Of a stretch of 64,000 nt of DNA, positions 11,638 through 24,515 are shown piece by piece. The translations under genes and the position numbers were made by a program. This DNA is from Lama guanicoe. Lineage: Eukaryota. Location: assembly GCA_013239625.1 (NCBI GenBank), contig MU053472.1:1054001-1118000 (forward strand). The letters run 5' to 3'. Positions within the stretch are counted from its first letter, which is position 1, and every line of letters starts with the position of its first letter. The notes under the pieces were generated by a model that saw only the letters and a list, made by a program, of their open reading frames with translations, was not told the DNA's origin and made no database searches.

Positions 11638-13040
11638 TTAGTTCTCAGTGTGGTCTGCTGACCCCAGGGATTCCCTAGATCAAAACTATTTTCATCATAG
11701 TACTAAGATATGATTTGCCTTTTCCACTATCTTGGCACTTATATTAATGGTATAAAAGCAACGGTGGGAAAAGTTGCTGATGCTTTAGCACAAACCAAGA
11801 CAGAAGTAATCAAGGTGTGTATGAACAGATACTATATTCTTCACTTGTCAAGCACTGTAATCAGGAGATAAATAAATAAAAGGACATTTCACTTATGAAT
11901 GTCTTTGATGAAACAGTAAATATTATTAAATACCAACCCATGCAGTAGGGGTCTTTTTATTAGTCTATGACAAATGGGAAGAATGCTTAGAGCACTTTTG
12001 CTGCATACCAATGTACACTGTTGTCTCTAGGAAAAGTACCTGTGCAACTGTTTGAGTTGCGAGCTAAACTAGCTGCTTTTTTTCTGGAAGTGAGATTGTT
12101 CACTTGAAAGAAAGAATGAGAGACAAACTATGGTTATGCAGACTTGGACATTTAAAAGACATTTCTCAAAACTGAATGAAGTCAGTCCATCTCTTCAAGG
12201 AAAAAAAAAAACAGAAAATATTTGTTGTCACTGATAAAATTCAAACTTTCAAACAATCAGAATTTTGAAAACTTGCATACACAAGCACAATTGGCCTGAA
12301 GTTTCCCAATACTTTAAGACCTTTCTGATGAGACCAGTCGTGGTTTTTAATGATTATCTGATATTACATAATGAAATGTCAATATCTGGGAAGATCCCCA
12401 TAACTCAGTGAACCACTGTCTTTCAAATGACCAATGCATGATGTTACAGAACCATGCATGAGTAAAATCTATTCAGAATGCCAAGATAGACCAGTGGATT
12501 TTAATTTAAGAGTATGAAAGGTCACTGATAGGGTGTCAGGTTTCACAGCAACTAGTCTTTAAGAAACTACCACCTGTCAAGTTATAATGCCAAAGAAGAA
12601 TATCCACAACCGTCCAAAGGTTTATATTAAAACCCATCTCCCTTTTCCTACTACACATATCTGTCTGAGGCCAGACTTTCCTCATATGCTTCAACCAAGG
12701 AACCTACACAACATACGCAACCAGACTGAATGCAGTAGCAGATATGAGAATCCACCTGACTCCTTTTAAGCCAAATATTAAAGAGATTTGCAAAAATACA
12801 AAATAATGCCATTCTTTTCAACTTTTCTTAGGAAACAGTTATTTTTCAAAAAATGCTATTCATGTTAACATATAATGAAATGGGCTCATTATTTTTTAAA
12901 GAATAAATAATTCTAAATTTCTTCATTTTAATTTCTAATATAGTAAATGTTGGTAAGAATAATCCACATAAACAAAAGGTCATTGGGCACCATAATTTTT
13001 AAGAATGTAAAAAGGTCCTAAACCCAAAGTTGAGAACTGC
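11638..13040. mobile_element. hAT-Charlie DNA transposon fossil (Charlie1a-like)
   Basis: Termini agttctcagtgtggtc... and ...aagttgagaactgc; internal caaaactattttcatcatagtactaaga motif; about 1.4 kb. Family name from recall of the consensus. Confidence 0.75.
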
Positions 13041-13265
13041 AAGGAGTTAAATTTCCACATCTGGACTTTGACCTAACAGCATACTAATGTCAGGTAATAA
13101 CTATCCAGCACTGTCTTTATAAAACAAACACATGACACACAGATTATAGTAAGAAAAAAAGCCAACATGCAAGCCACAGGAGCCCATATTCTGAGAAAGC
13201 ACAGTAAAAATACCGAGATCTAGCAAAAAGCGATACACTTCTGAGCCAATATTAAGGAATACTAC

Positions 13266-13460
13266 CTTCTCTTGGCTTACTTCCTTTTCATCTGCTGTTT
13301 GTAAGGGAGCAGGAATATCACATACACATTTGTTTTTTCGTCTGTTCTTCCGTTTTTGGCGCTTCTTTTCTTGCTTAAGCTCTCTCACTCGTTCCTCTTC
13401 GGAAAATTCTTCACAAAGTTGTTCCAATCGACTAATACCCTGTACCTTTTCCACAGTCAT
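13266..13460 (-). CDS. GGNBP2: GGNBP2 exon 9
   Basis: cag|ATG ACT GTG...GAG AAG|gtagta; 195 nt; MTVEKVQGISRLEQLCEEF...KKRQKRKNRRKNKC...VSQEK. Confidence 0.93.
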
Positions 13461-14560
13461 CTGTTATAAAAACAAAGTTGAGACTGAATACTGACCCAAA
13501 CTTCCCTTTATTTTCCATGGAAATTCTCACTGGTTAATTTTAAAAAATACCACACCTACAGAAACTGGTATTTCATGCTGCAATTTTGCCAGGCAGTCCT
13601 CACAAAGAATTTTAAATTTTAATACTCTTAAGTGATGACAGAGTACTAAAATATACTCAGGAAGTGAATATACAACGAATCCTTCTCTATGGGAAAGGCA
13701 GGCTTACACAATATTTTTATTTCAAACTAGCAATATTCTGGTTTCAAATTTAAGAATTTTTAACACAGCAAAGTAAACATTCATTCATTTCTTCACACAA
13801 TGAGAAGGCTAGCTAAACTGAGTAGATAATCTAGTTTCTGAACACACAAATGTACAAACGGAAAAGGAATAAGAAATCTGTTCAACAAGAACTAACACAA
13901 AGCTCCTCCAACTCCCCAGAACAGTGTTTAAAGTTTGTGGACATGCTTCTGAAAAAAGGGTTTATAGCTTTCATACCATTCTCAAAAGGGACTGGTGACT
14001 CAGTTTAAAAATTACAACCATATCCTAAAATATAACAAAATATTCACTGGCCAAAAATTTATGTTCTACAGAGTATAACTGAAAAAAATGTTAAGAAATC
14101 ATAAGCATTAAACCCAATACCCAGCATTATAAAAAGCCTTCAGTGTGCTTCTAAAAAGTAGCTCTTACATCATGGCATTCAGACAGCGTTTACTGCCTAC
14201 TATTGGACAGAAGCAGGCAAACCAGGGCTCATTAAATGTTTCAAATGTGTTGCTTATTTTGGGGCTGATTCTAACTTGCCAATAGTTGTGTTTCATAGCA
14301 GCATCTCATCAAATAATCATCAACCTCTAAAAACCAAGACTGGCAGAGTAACAGGATTAAAAAAGGAACAGGATTAAAAAGAAAAATTCATAAACTTCTT
14401 CTAAATCCCAGTGCCCCAGCAAACTCTCCTAATCCCCCAGAAGCCGTGACCAGTGGATCACAGCCCTTTAAGGCAAGCCAAGAGCAGTGACTAACATTAA
14501 GATTCACTCCAATAACTTAACTAAGCAATCGTGGACACTGAAGCAGCCCACCGTTTTTAC

Positions 14561-14735
14561 CTCAAAACTCTTGCGTAAAGCGTCAACACCAAGATAGAAA
14601 AGCATCTGCCACGTCTGCTCTTCTGCTCGTAGTTTTTGCCAGATTCGATGCAGTCTTTCATAAAGATGAATTCCCAAGCAGGTCAGAACTTCTTCTTGAG
14701 CTATATCTATTGTCTTAGCATGCCTTTCTCTTCGT
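14561..14735 (-). CDS. GGNBP2: GGNBP2 exon 8
   Basis: cag|A CGA AGA GAA...TTT GAG|gtaaaa; 175 nt; RRERHAKTIDIAQEEVLTCLGIHLYERLHRIWQKLRAEEQTWQMLFYLGVDALRKSFE. Confidence 0.95.
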
Positions 14736-15805
14736 CTGTAAAGGAGAATGAATCACACATAATTCCTAACACCCTTAAACTAAAACAGTAAAAGATAGAT
14801 AACACCTCTGCAAGTTCAGGTTTTAAACATAATTGCATACCTAGGAACAAACTAGTAAGAAGACAGTTATACATTCAAACTCAATGTGTATATAAATACA
14901 CAAGCACACATTTATATAACCAATGAGACATACACATGCAGGTAGAACTCAGTCCTAATATTGCTAAAAATAAGGTAATTCAGGAACTGGTCCTCAAAAG
15001 AAGTGTTTTTTGGGGGGCGCAGAAAAGCCACAGTAAGTGTCCCGCTCATAGGAGGCATGATAGCTCCTTTCACCTTCCAATTACAGTAAATGCCTGTTGG
15101 TTTGTGTTTCTTTTTTTTTTTCCAGGGGGAATGGAGAAAGGCAATGCCAAAATGATTCACTCATGGGCAAAAGGCTTCTAGGCCAATCTTTAGTAAAAGT
15201 GTTCATGAACTTCAGTGGTAAAAGGAGTGTTTGTATACTCAGTGTCCAGCAGAACGTAGGCACTCAAATGAGAGTTGACACAAAACACAAAGGGAAATGG
15301 GTTCAATTTATTCTATGAACAACTTTTTCTGATTTTATTTTTACAACAAAGACAGAGATAAAAATTTAGGTTCCTATATAATTTAATAATAATATACACA
15401 GTTCATGAATTACATTCAGTAAAGTATTTCTTAACCCCCTGCTGCAAAGATCTCACTTCCTATGCAAAAACCATCATTATGAGCAAAATCTAAACATGGA
15501 AATGCATGGATGGAGGTGGGGGAAAAAACCCCTTCTAGTCATTTTCAAATGAAAATGATAATCTGTAATAATGAAAGCCAAAAACAGCCTACCTACTTCA
15601 AGCAACAAGGAGCAGATGACTGACATTTTCTCCTTTTTTTTTTTTTAACTCAATTAAATGTTTATTTTAAAGAAGGCAAAATCTTTACAGGCACAATTAT
15701 ACATGTATCATCTGTACTGAGGTGGAAGGTGATGGAAATAAACTTCCAGTAATAAAATGAAGCAAAGCGCTAGATAGCCCATTCTAGCAAATTACATACT
15801 CATAC

Positions 15806-16009
15806 CCTCCTGCGAACTCTGGCTCAGCACGACCCAAAAGATGTGCAATGAAGTCTGTTTCACAGCAAACATGTATGTGTCGCTCATGTGGACAGCACCG
15901 CAAGCCTTCATAAAGTGCAGCACAGTAGCCCTTCTCTTTGCTGCAATCAAGTTCACCAATAAGGATATTGTATGCTCGGAGGACTTTATTTTTGCAATCA
16001 GTGCAAAAC
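15806..16009 (-). CDS. GGNBP2: GGNBP2 exon 7 (alternative donor extends it to 15800)
   Basis: cag|G TTT TGC ACT...GGA GG|gtatga; 204 nt; FCTDCKNKVLRAYNILIGELDCSKEKGYCAALYEGLRCCPHERHIHVCCETDFIAHLLGRAEPEFAG. Confidence 0.95.
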
Positions 16010-16940
16010 CTGTTGAAAAGAAAAACCTCAAAATTAAGAACTGGCTGTGTAATTATTTCGTAAGGCATGTAACAGTGTACTAGACAATGACACTCCCCTC
16101 CCCTACAGAGCATTAAAAAAGCCTCCACACATGTGTATGTTTTCAATGTGTGTAAGATAAAAACATATCTAGGGATTACATGAGGATAGCTAGATCTCTA
16201 TTTGCAAGTGATTTTTAAACTAGAGAAACACATGGGCCTAAAAAGAATGAGGCAGATAAATACCTGTTAGTTCATAAAATACATGCCCAGAAAATATTAG
16301 TTGCCAAGGACTAGCACATCTCCACTTCAAGACCTATTTGTACAGGTCAGAAATAGAACAACAGAGGCTACCAACCAGTCACTCTGGGATCCTCCCCCGC
16401 TCTCAGCCCCTGAAAATAGTTCGTATCTTCAGCCAGTAAACCCTGATTCCAGTGTTTATATTTTAATACATCACTAGCTTAAGCATGGCGGGTGGGGAGG
16501 ACAAGAATGGGAAAGTAGTACATGTATTTTTAGTTTACTGGTGATTTCCAAAATATCAAATTCTTTCCTCCAAAAAAAAAAAACGCATGTTTCTCAATAT
16601 ACAGTCATAATATAGAAACATATACATAGAAGTATGGTTTCAACCCAACTGTACATATTGTGGCAAAACTGTAGAAGAGCGTGTGACAAAATTTCCTTTT
16701 AGAAACCAAACATCATTCAATCAGAAAAGAAAAAAGAATAGAGCCTGGTTTATCTCTGAATTCCTGATGAAATTCCTGATGAAATTGGTCTGGTGAAAAA
16801 GCCAGGTTCACAATATTAATAACTGGTTCTCTGAGATTAGCTGTGGTGGAATGAGGAAATTTTGCTCTCTTTGATTTAAATTAATCTCCCTAGGTGAGTC
16901 CATCTATTCCCATGGCTTCAGTCAACATGCCTTACTCTTC

Positions 16941-17041
16941 TTTTTTAAATTAATTTTGGGGGGGCTGGGGGAGGTAATTAGGTTTATTTATTTTCAGTAC
17001 TGGAGATTGAACCCAGAACCACTTGAATTATACCCTCCCCC
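16941..17041 (-). mobile_element. Vic-1-like SINE, internally deleted copy
   Basis: gaggtaattaggtttatttatttt cagtactggagattgaacccag...tataccctccccc has the same head and tail as the other copies but lacks the middle. Confidence 0.7.
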
Positions 17042-17234
17042 AACATGTTTCATTCTTGACTCCACAGCTCTGTTCAAGTCTCTGTCCCTGCCTGAGGGCA
17101 AGACCCATACTGAAAAACAGGGGACAACACAGATGACTAACAGGCAACATGTTAAATCAGCTGTCCAAAACCAAGGGCAACATGGTTCCCTTCCTATGTT
17201 CCCTTCTATTCCTGTTAAGAAATCACCATTCACA

Positions 17235-18396
17235 AAAACAAAAATAAACAAATGGGACCTAATCAAACTTAAAGCTTTTGCACAGCAAAGGACACTACAA
17301 ACAAAATGAAAAGACAACATACCGACTGGGAGAAAATATTTGCAAACGATGCAACCAACAATGGACTAATTTCCAAAATATACAAACAGCTCACACAACT
17401 CAATAACAACAACAAAAAACCCAATCAAAAAATGAGCAGAAGGCCTAAATAGATATTTCTCCAAAGAAGACATACAAAGGGTCAATAGGCACATAAAAAG
17501 ATGCTCAAAATTGCTAATTATTACAGAAATACAAATCAAAACTATAATGACGTATCACCTCACACCAGTCAGAATGGCCATCATCAAAAAGTCTACAAAT
17601 AATAAATGGTGGAGAGGTGTGGATAAAAGGGAACCCCCCTATACTGCTGGTGGGAATGTAAATTGGTACAGGCACTATGGACAACAGCATGGAGGTTCCT
17701 TAAAAAACTAAAAATGGAGTTACCATATGATCCAGCAATCCCACTCCTGGGCATACATCTGGAGAAGACTCTAATTCAGAAAGATACATACACCTCAATG
17801 TTCATAGCAGCACTAGTTACAATAGCCAAGATGTTGAAGCCACCTAAACGTTCACCGACAGATGACTGGATAAAGTGGTGTATTTATACAATGGAATACT
17901 GTTTGGCCATAAAAAAGAATAAAATAATGCCATTTGTAGCAACATGGATGGACCCGGAGATCGTCATTCTAAGTGAAATAAGCCAGAAAGAGAAAGAAAA
18001 ATACCATATAATATTGCATATATGTGGAATCTTAAATTAAAAAAAAGACATAAATGACCTTATTTATAAAATAGAAACAGACTCACAAAGAAAACAAACT
18101 TAAGGTTACAAAAGGGGAAACAGGTTGGGGAGGGATAAATTAGGAGTTTGGGATTAGCAGAGACAAACTACTATATATAAAATAAACAACAAGGTCCTAC
18201 TATATAGCACAAAGAACTATATTTAATATCTTGTAGTAAACCATAATGGAAAAGAATATACATATACATATATGAAACTGAATTACTTTGCTGTACACCA
18301 GAAATTAACACAACACTGTAAATTGATTATATTTTAATAAAAAAGAAAGGAAGAAAGAAATAAAGAGAGAAGGGAAAGGCAGGGAAGGAAGGAAGG
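17235..18396 (+). mobile_element. 5'-truncated LINE-1 (ORF2 C-terminus, 3' UTR, A-rich tail)
   Basis: ORF2 remnants [38 protein letters not shown]; aataaaaaa tail; flanking duplication aatcaccatt(c/t)aca at 17221-17234 and 18397-18410. Confidence 0.93.
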
Positions 18397-19189
18397 AATC
18401 ACCATTTACACATGGAACCTCAATTAATTCCAACTCCTCCTTAGGTCCTGCTTTTAGGGGTGGAGCCAACTGGTATCAATTCTTTCTTACATCTCTTGTA
18501 GGTCTCATCTTTTCAATTCCCTCTGTCCTGTTTCAAATTGCCTAGACAGTTTTTTAAAATGCTTTTTAACAGGTTTTCCTGCTTCCATTCTCGCTAGCGC
18601 TAATGCATCTCTCATTACCAAAATAAATTTTTAAAACAAATCTCATTACATCAATCTCAGCTTAAAAACCTCCTCACTGTTCAAACTCATTACGGCCTTC
18701 AGTCATTGCTTCTCTTACCCAACCTACTATTCCAGCCTTATTTCCCAAGACTCCCCTCTCCCTTCCCATGCCCTCCATACCCTGCCCCATGTACACCCTG
18801 TATAGACAATGGACTACTTTGAATACAGCTGACGTGTCCCTTCAAAGTCTTTTTTTTCTGCCTCCTCCTCACTCCTCTCCACATCCTTCTCCATTTGCCT
18901 AAATCATGTCCAACCTTAAAGAAGCCTTCTGCAATTTCCATAACTGGAATTCAACGTTCCTATGTTCCTATTATTTCCGATTTACACTTCTTACCCTTCT
19001 ACTGTCATGCATTAGTTTGACATACACATCTTTCTGACCCAATAGTAGATAACTATTTCTTGAAATGAATATATGTTAAAACAGATGCTCTAAGCTCACT
19101 TGGTAAACAGAGAGAATACTGACAAATGAAGTCAAATCATTGTTTCACTAATGCTTTAAAAATAGACACAGAAATATACAAAAAGTAAG

Positions 19190-20310
19190 TCAAAATTGGT
19201 TAAAGACCTGAAACTACACAACTTCTAGAAGAAAACACAACCATGTGATGATTTCTTGGATACTGCATCAAAGGCACAGGGAACAAAAGAAAAAACAGAC
19301 AAATGAGACTACACCGAACTTAAAAACTTCTGTGTAGCAAAGGAAACTCAACAGCGAAAGACAGTCTATGGAACAGAGAAAATATTAACAAACCACACAC
19401 TGGATAAGGGGTTAATATTCAGAATAAAGAATTCTTACAACTCAGTAACAACAACAAAACCTGATTTAAAAAATGGGCAAAGGATGTGAACAGACACTTC
19501 TCCAAAGAAGACATACCTATAGCTAACAAGCATATGAAAAGATACTCAAAGCGTCAATCATCAGGGAAAAGCGTATCAAAACCACATGTTATCACCTCAA
19601 ACCCATTACTATGTCCACTATAAAAAAAAAATAGAGAATAACAAATGTTGACAAGGATCTGGAGAAACTGGAACCCTTGCACACTGCTGATGGGATAGTA
19701 AGACAGTGCTGCCAGAACGGCAAAAAGTACAGCATTTTCTCAAAGAATTAAAAATAGAATTACCATATAATCCAGCAATCCCAGTTCATATATTCAAAGG
19801 AATTAAAAACAGGATCCCAAAGAGCTATTTGTACACACTCATGTTCACTGTAGCATATTCACAATAGCCAAGATGTGGGAACAACCTAGATGTTCATTGA
19901 CAGGTGAATGTAGGGTATACATATAATGATGGTATGTTATTCAGCCTTAAAGAATAAGAAAATTCTGTCGTAAGCTACAACATGGATGAACCCTGAGGAC
20001 ATTATGCTAAGTGAAATAAGCCAGACACAAAAGGACAAACACTGCATGACTCCATCTATGTGAGTTACATAAAGTAATCAAACTCATAGAAACAAAAAAT
20101 AGAAATGGTGGCTGGCAGAGGGTGCAGGAAGGGGTAAAAGGGGAGTTACTGTTCAAAGGGTATAGTTTCAGTCATGTAAGATGAAAAAAGTTTAGAAATC
20201 TACTCTACAACAATGTGCAAATAGTTAAAAATACTGTAATGTAAACTTAAAAGCTGTTAAGAGGGAAATGTACATTATGTGTTTTTTCTTTTACCACACA
20301 CAAAAAACGT
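19190..20310 (+). mobile_element. Older degenerate LINE-1 (ORF2 3' end and 3' UTR, L1MA/MB-like)
   Basis: Typical L1 motifs: aacttctagaagaaaaca, ttctccaaagaagacata, ccagcaatccca, gacattatgctaagtgaaataagccag. Confidence 0.88.
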
Positions 20311-20924
20311 CTTCCCCTTGCTGGGAGAAATGGACATGGACACAGAAATAAACACACTTCCATGTTTTCAGGTTATAAATGGTAAGTTTACATTTTCAGG
20401 TAAATAAATGGTTAAATATCATACAGTATCAATAATAAAATGAAGTATTTTTGCCATATTTTACTGCTTTAAATCCTCATAGTAGTTTAATATATGTTTG
20501 ATTGTACACAATCATAAGTAACATAAGCATATGCAAACAGCAATTTAAAAATGTATACGGAAGCTGTAAGAATGAAAGCCATGTTTCCTGTTTTCAAAAG
20601 TAATCTTGCACATAAATTTTAAAAACATTTTCCTAAGGCAGAGGTTTTACAGTATCCTAACACCTCATTTCTAATGATGTACTAGCAAAATACTTAACTG
20701 GCTAAATACTGTTACCAAATCTTTATTATAAAGTGCTCAGAAAGGTCCACTAAATAAAGTAGAAGTGCCAAAAAAGTACATTATTCAGATGTTTAAAAAT
20801 CACTTTCAACTGATTATACCTCAGAAACTCAACTTGTATCTAAAACAAGAACTAGATACACAGGAATTACAAGGACTTGCAGGGAATGAAAAAAAAAACC
20901 ACCAAGGATTTGCAAATCCAGAGT

Positions 20925-21105
20925 GCAAACGTTCACTGATGTGATTACTATGTGTCAGATACTGTTCTAAGTCTCATTATGTATCATCAATCCTCGTAAC
21001 AAACTTAATCTTACAATAAATCAGTACCATCCTGAAAGAAAAACACTAAAGCACAGAAAACTTGTTCAAAGTCATAATCAATAGAACCCAGATTCAATAC
21101 AATCT
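20925..21105 (-). mobile_element. MIR SINE fragment
   Basis: ttactatgtgtcagatactgttctaag...aatcctcgtaacaa...aaaacactaaagcacaga...aacttgttcaaagtca resembles antisense MIR. Confidence 0.6.
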
Positions 21106-22276
21106 CCCTTTATTACTTTCTTAATCATAACTTTCCCACATCCTTAATATATTTATAAAATGGACTCTACCTTCCTTACAAATATAAAATATTGCCCCCC
21201 AAACACAGAAAATATCTATAATCAGTTTAGGAAATTCCAAAACATTAGCTCTAATAACTAGTAACTTATCACTCCAAAAAGCTATCTTTTGGATGGACCA
21301 ACTCAAATTGAAAGAGAAAGGAATTTACAGTGGGGCTATACATTTATATATGCTTTACATTTATAGAACCCTTCTCCCAAACTCTAAATAGTTGACACAT
21401 TCTTTATTCTCTTGGGTATAATCAGCCAGAGAGGTAAATAAACAAGAAAGTTTGTAACTGAAGGATGAAAAACACTTAATAAACTTAGTACGCAGGTTAA
21501 ATCGTTAGCTCATTGTGATGCACAATGTGAACACCAATCGTGGTAATGCCAGTTTTTATCATTTACATATGTTTTCTAGAAGTATCCCCAAAGCAATCGT
21601 GTATATCTGTCCCAAAGTGAAAGAACACAAGACCATAAACCCAACATGTGACAAATTTATATTAAAACAGTACAACTCCCCCCAAGAATGCCATCACTAG
21701 ATGGCTCCCTTACCAGTTTCCTTTCCTACTACACTCTCCCTCCCTACGAATTTCCAAATGTTAATGACACTTAGAAAATTCCTTTGTAAAGTAGTATTCT
21801 AAAAAGAAAAATCTGAAGTTACTTTCATAGTACATGAAGCACATGAATTCCTACTGTATTTTTAGGTCTTGACAAACAAAAATAATTCAAAATATTACTA
21901 AGTAAAAGCTGCTAACTTTAATTCTGAAAATAACATAATGAAATGCTTCTATCATAAAAACAAGGAGTACTACAATTTCCAAAGTGATTAAGTATACTTT
22001 ATGTTGGTTCAGTTATTCTGTATTTCTTGAAAGGCTAGCTTGGAACCAACAGATAAGAATTACAAAAAAAAAAAAGAAATGCTGGCCCAACAAAAGAAGG
22101 CCAACACTGAGAGTCATTCCATTAAGGAACTGCCTACTCTAATATTAAGCTCCACCTAGTGCCAGGTACTAATGGGAAGGCTGCAGTACTATTATATGAA
22201 GGTCAGTGACAGCTCAGCCTGGATGACTGACAGCTAAGGCACCTTCCAACTACACCGTGATGACCTTTACACTTAC

Positions 22277-22390
22277 CTGTGTTTTCGCAGGTACGTTTCT
22301 AGTGTTTCTAAAAGACAACTAGAGTCAATTAAAACTACTTCATCCCTGCATTCTTGGGACATTAGTTCCCATACGTCCATCCAGCAACCT
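22277..22390 (-). CDS. GGNBP2: GGNBP2 exon 6
   Basis: cag|A GGT TGC TGG...CAC AG|gtaagt; 114 nt; GCWMDVWELMSQECRDEVVLIDSSCLLETLETYLRKH. Confidence 0.96.
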
Positions 22391-22493
22391 CTGCAGAAAA
22401 AAAAACCAAATCTTAGTGAGAAGGAGGAATATATAAGGGTAAAACATTGAAAAAAAAAAAAAAAGAGCAGGGTAAAGGATTGCTTGATTTTAC

Positions 22494-22619
22494 CTGGCTG
22501 TTCTCTGGAAAGGTCCATAATGGAAAATGATCCTACACTTGCTGTCCTTCCTGTGGTCTTCACTACTTCTCTTATCTGTACTTAACTTCTCTGAACTGAC
22601 ACTGCTACTGCTCCCTTCA
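22494..22619 (-). CDS. GGNBP2: GGNBP2 alternative cassette exon between exons 5 and 6 (126 nt, +42 aa)
   Basis: ctacag|T GAA GGG AGC...GCC AG|gtaaaa; phase 2/2, stop-free: (G)EGSSSSVSSEKLSTDKRSSEDHRKDSKCRIIFHYGPFQRTA(R). Confidence 0.72.
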
Positions 22620-24298
22620 CTGTAGTACAGTATAGTACACAAAGCTTAGTGACACTGAGGTAATCGGAAGGAATAAATTCTTTAGTCTAAATTAAAATCA
22701 TGAACTCTTTAATACATTAAGATATTAGTAGGATAAATTTGCAAATTTGTATATAATTACATATCCACTTTAACCATATTAAAATGTTATCTAAACAAGT
22801 GCTCTTATCTTTATATAAAAACTTCTGCTCAACTATTAAGTTTACCTGATATAATTTAACATTTACATTTATCGAGATAGTAACTGGTTAATACACTAAG
22901 CATTTTATGAGCAAATCTACTTGGAATGTTTTAAAGTCAAAAGGGCTGAAAAAATTATATTTTCACCTATAAACATGGATCAACCTTCCACAAATTGAAA
23001 ATTCTAAGAAGTTTTGATCTACTTATTGTGATTTTATAGCTAGGTCATAGCAACAAAATTCTTATCTAATTTCACATGTGTAAGTAGCTGGGAAACAGAC
23101 TAATTACAGTAAATAAATTTTTACATTTACTAAAATAAAGATAGCATACTAAGATGAACACTTAATACAGCCTAAATCAGTAGTAAGTACTATACAAATA
23201 ATTTTTTAAAAACTTACTAAAAACTTCCCAGACTCTCCCTCCCCCACAGGTTTCAATGTGGCGCTGGTCATGCATTTTTGCTTTGTTGCAGATGTGCATT
23301 CCAAGAGCAACGTGTTTCTATATTCCATTCAATGATAGTCTTCTTGATTTTTCATGATTCTGAACAACTGGCTCCTGCCTGTTCTTCTGCAGGTCTCACT
23401 ACAGTCCTAGAAATTCATTACCTTGGATGCTTGAGATGGAAAAACTTCTGAATCTTTTCTTAACCTACTCTACTTAGCTAAGTAGGTATTTCTTAACACC
23501 CCCTGCCCACCATATAAGGTCACACACACAGGTTGGCTCCCTACTCCCTTCTCATGAGGACTCAGACCAAGGGTCAACGTTCCTTATTTTTGAAGCAAAA
23601 ACTTCAACTCCTGCTCTGTCTTGCATGTGACATCCTTTTATTCTCAACTCCCATATTTGCTGTATTCTAATTATACTTGAGTGATTCATAATCTCCTAAA
23701 ACTGAATTACTCTCAAACTCAGGTTCTCACTATTAAGGAAAAAGTTTACGAGATCAGAGCTGGGGAACGATTATTATATCATCAGAATGTGAAAGCTTTA
23801 TTCTAAAAAAAGGTTAAAAAAATTCCACAGATCAAATCAAGATTTTATCCATAATCTCTCTAGACCAAATGTCTTTATACCATTCCTTCCTTTCAAGATC
23901 AAGTTTTCTGAAAAAGAAAGTCTTTCCACTTCCTCATTCTACTGCCACAGTTTCCACTCACAGTTTAATCCATTACCACCTTACACGGCATTCACTTTTC
24001 TACAAACACTGATTCGGATTCTGTTCCCATTCAACCACAGATCTTCTCATCAAGATCACCTATTATCTCAGTGCTGCTATGTCCAATGGACACTTTTGGG
24101 TCCTTGATGCCTCAGCAGTCTGCAACACAGGTGACCAAACCCCCGGACTCCTGGAAAAAACTCTCTTCCCTTGGCTTCCTCCTACATCTCTGGCCGCTCT
24201 TTCTGGTTTCTTTAGGCTTATTCTTTTCTCCTATTAAACTGAACTCCTCAGCATTCCTCTCTCTTACTCTACTGTTCCTCTGACCAGGTAATTTAATG

Positions 24299-24515
24299 CA
24301 GCTGACCGCTGAACAACACAAGGCTGAATGGCGCAGGTCCACTTATACATGCATTTTTTCCACTAGTATACACAATACTACACAATCAGCAGTTCACTGA
24401 ATCTGCGGATATGAAGGAACCACGTATAAGGAGCACCAACTGTAAGTTACACTTGCATTTTCCACTGTGTGGCAGGTCGGTGCTCCTCACCTCCATGTTG
24501 TTCAAGGGTCAACTG
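24299..24515. mobile_element. TcMar-Tigger non-autonomous element (MER8/Tigger2-like)
   Basis: 20-bp terminal inverted repeats cagctgaccgctgaacaaca (24299) and tgttgttcaagggtcaactg (24496-24515). Confidence 0.85.

Noticed and set aside
16956..18040. ORFs with reverse-transcriptase-associated C-terminal motifs
   Set aside because: Frameshifted, truncated L1 ORF2 remnants, not a functional gene
20540..20585. Acceptor-like ctttcattcttacag in GGNBP2 intron 6 followed by an early stop
   Set aside because: Isolated acceptor with no matching donor or clear poly(A) signal; such sites are frequent by chance
23240..23410. Possible extra GGNBP2 exon after tttctag (start 23406), reading GTVVRPAEEQAGASCSES-stop
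   Set aside because: Short pyrimidine tract and no convincing donor; cannot be supported without RNA data
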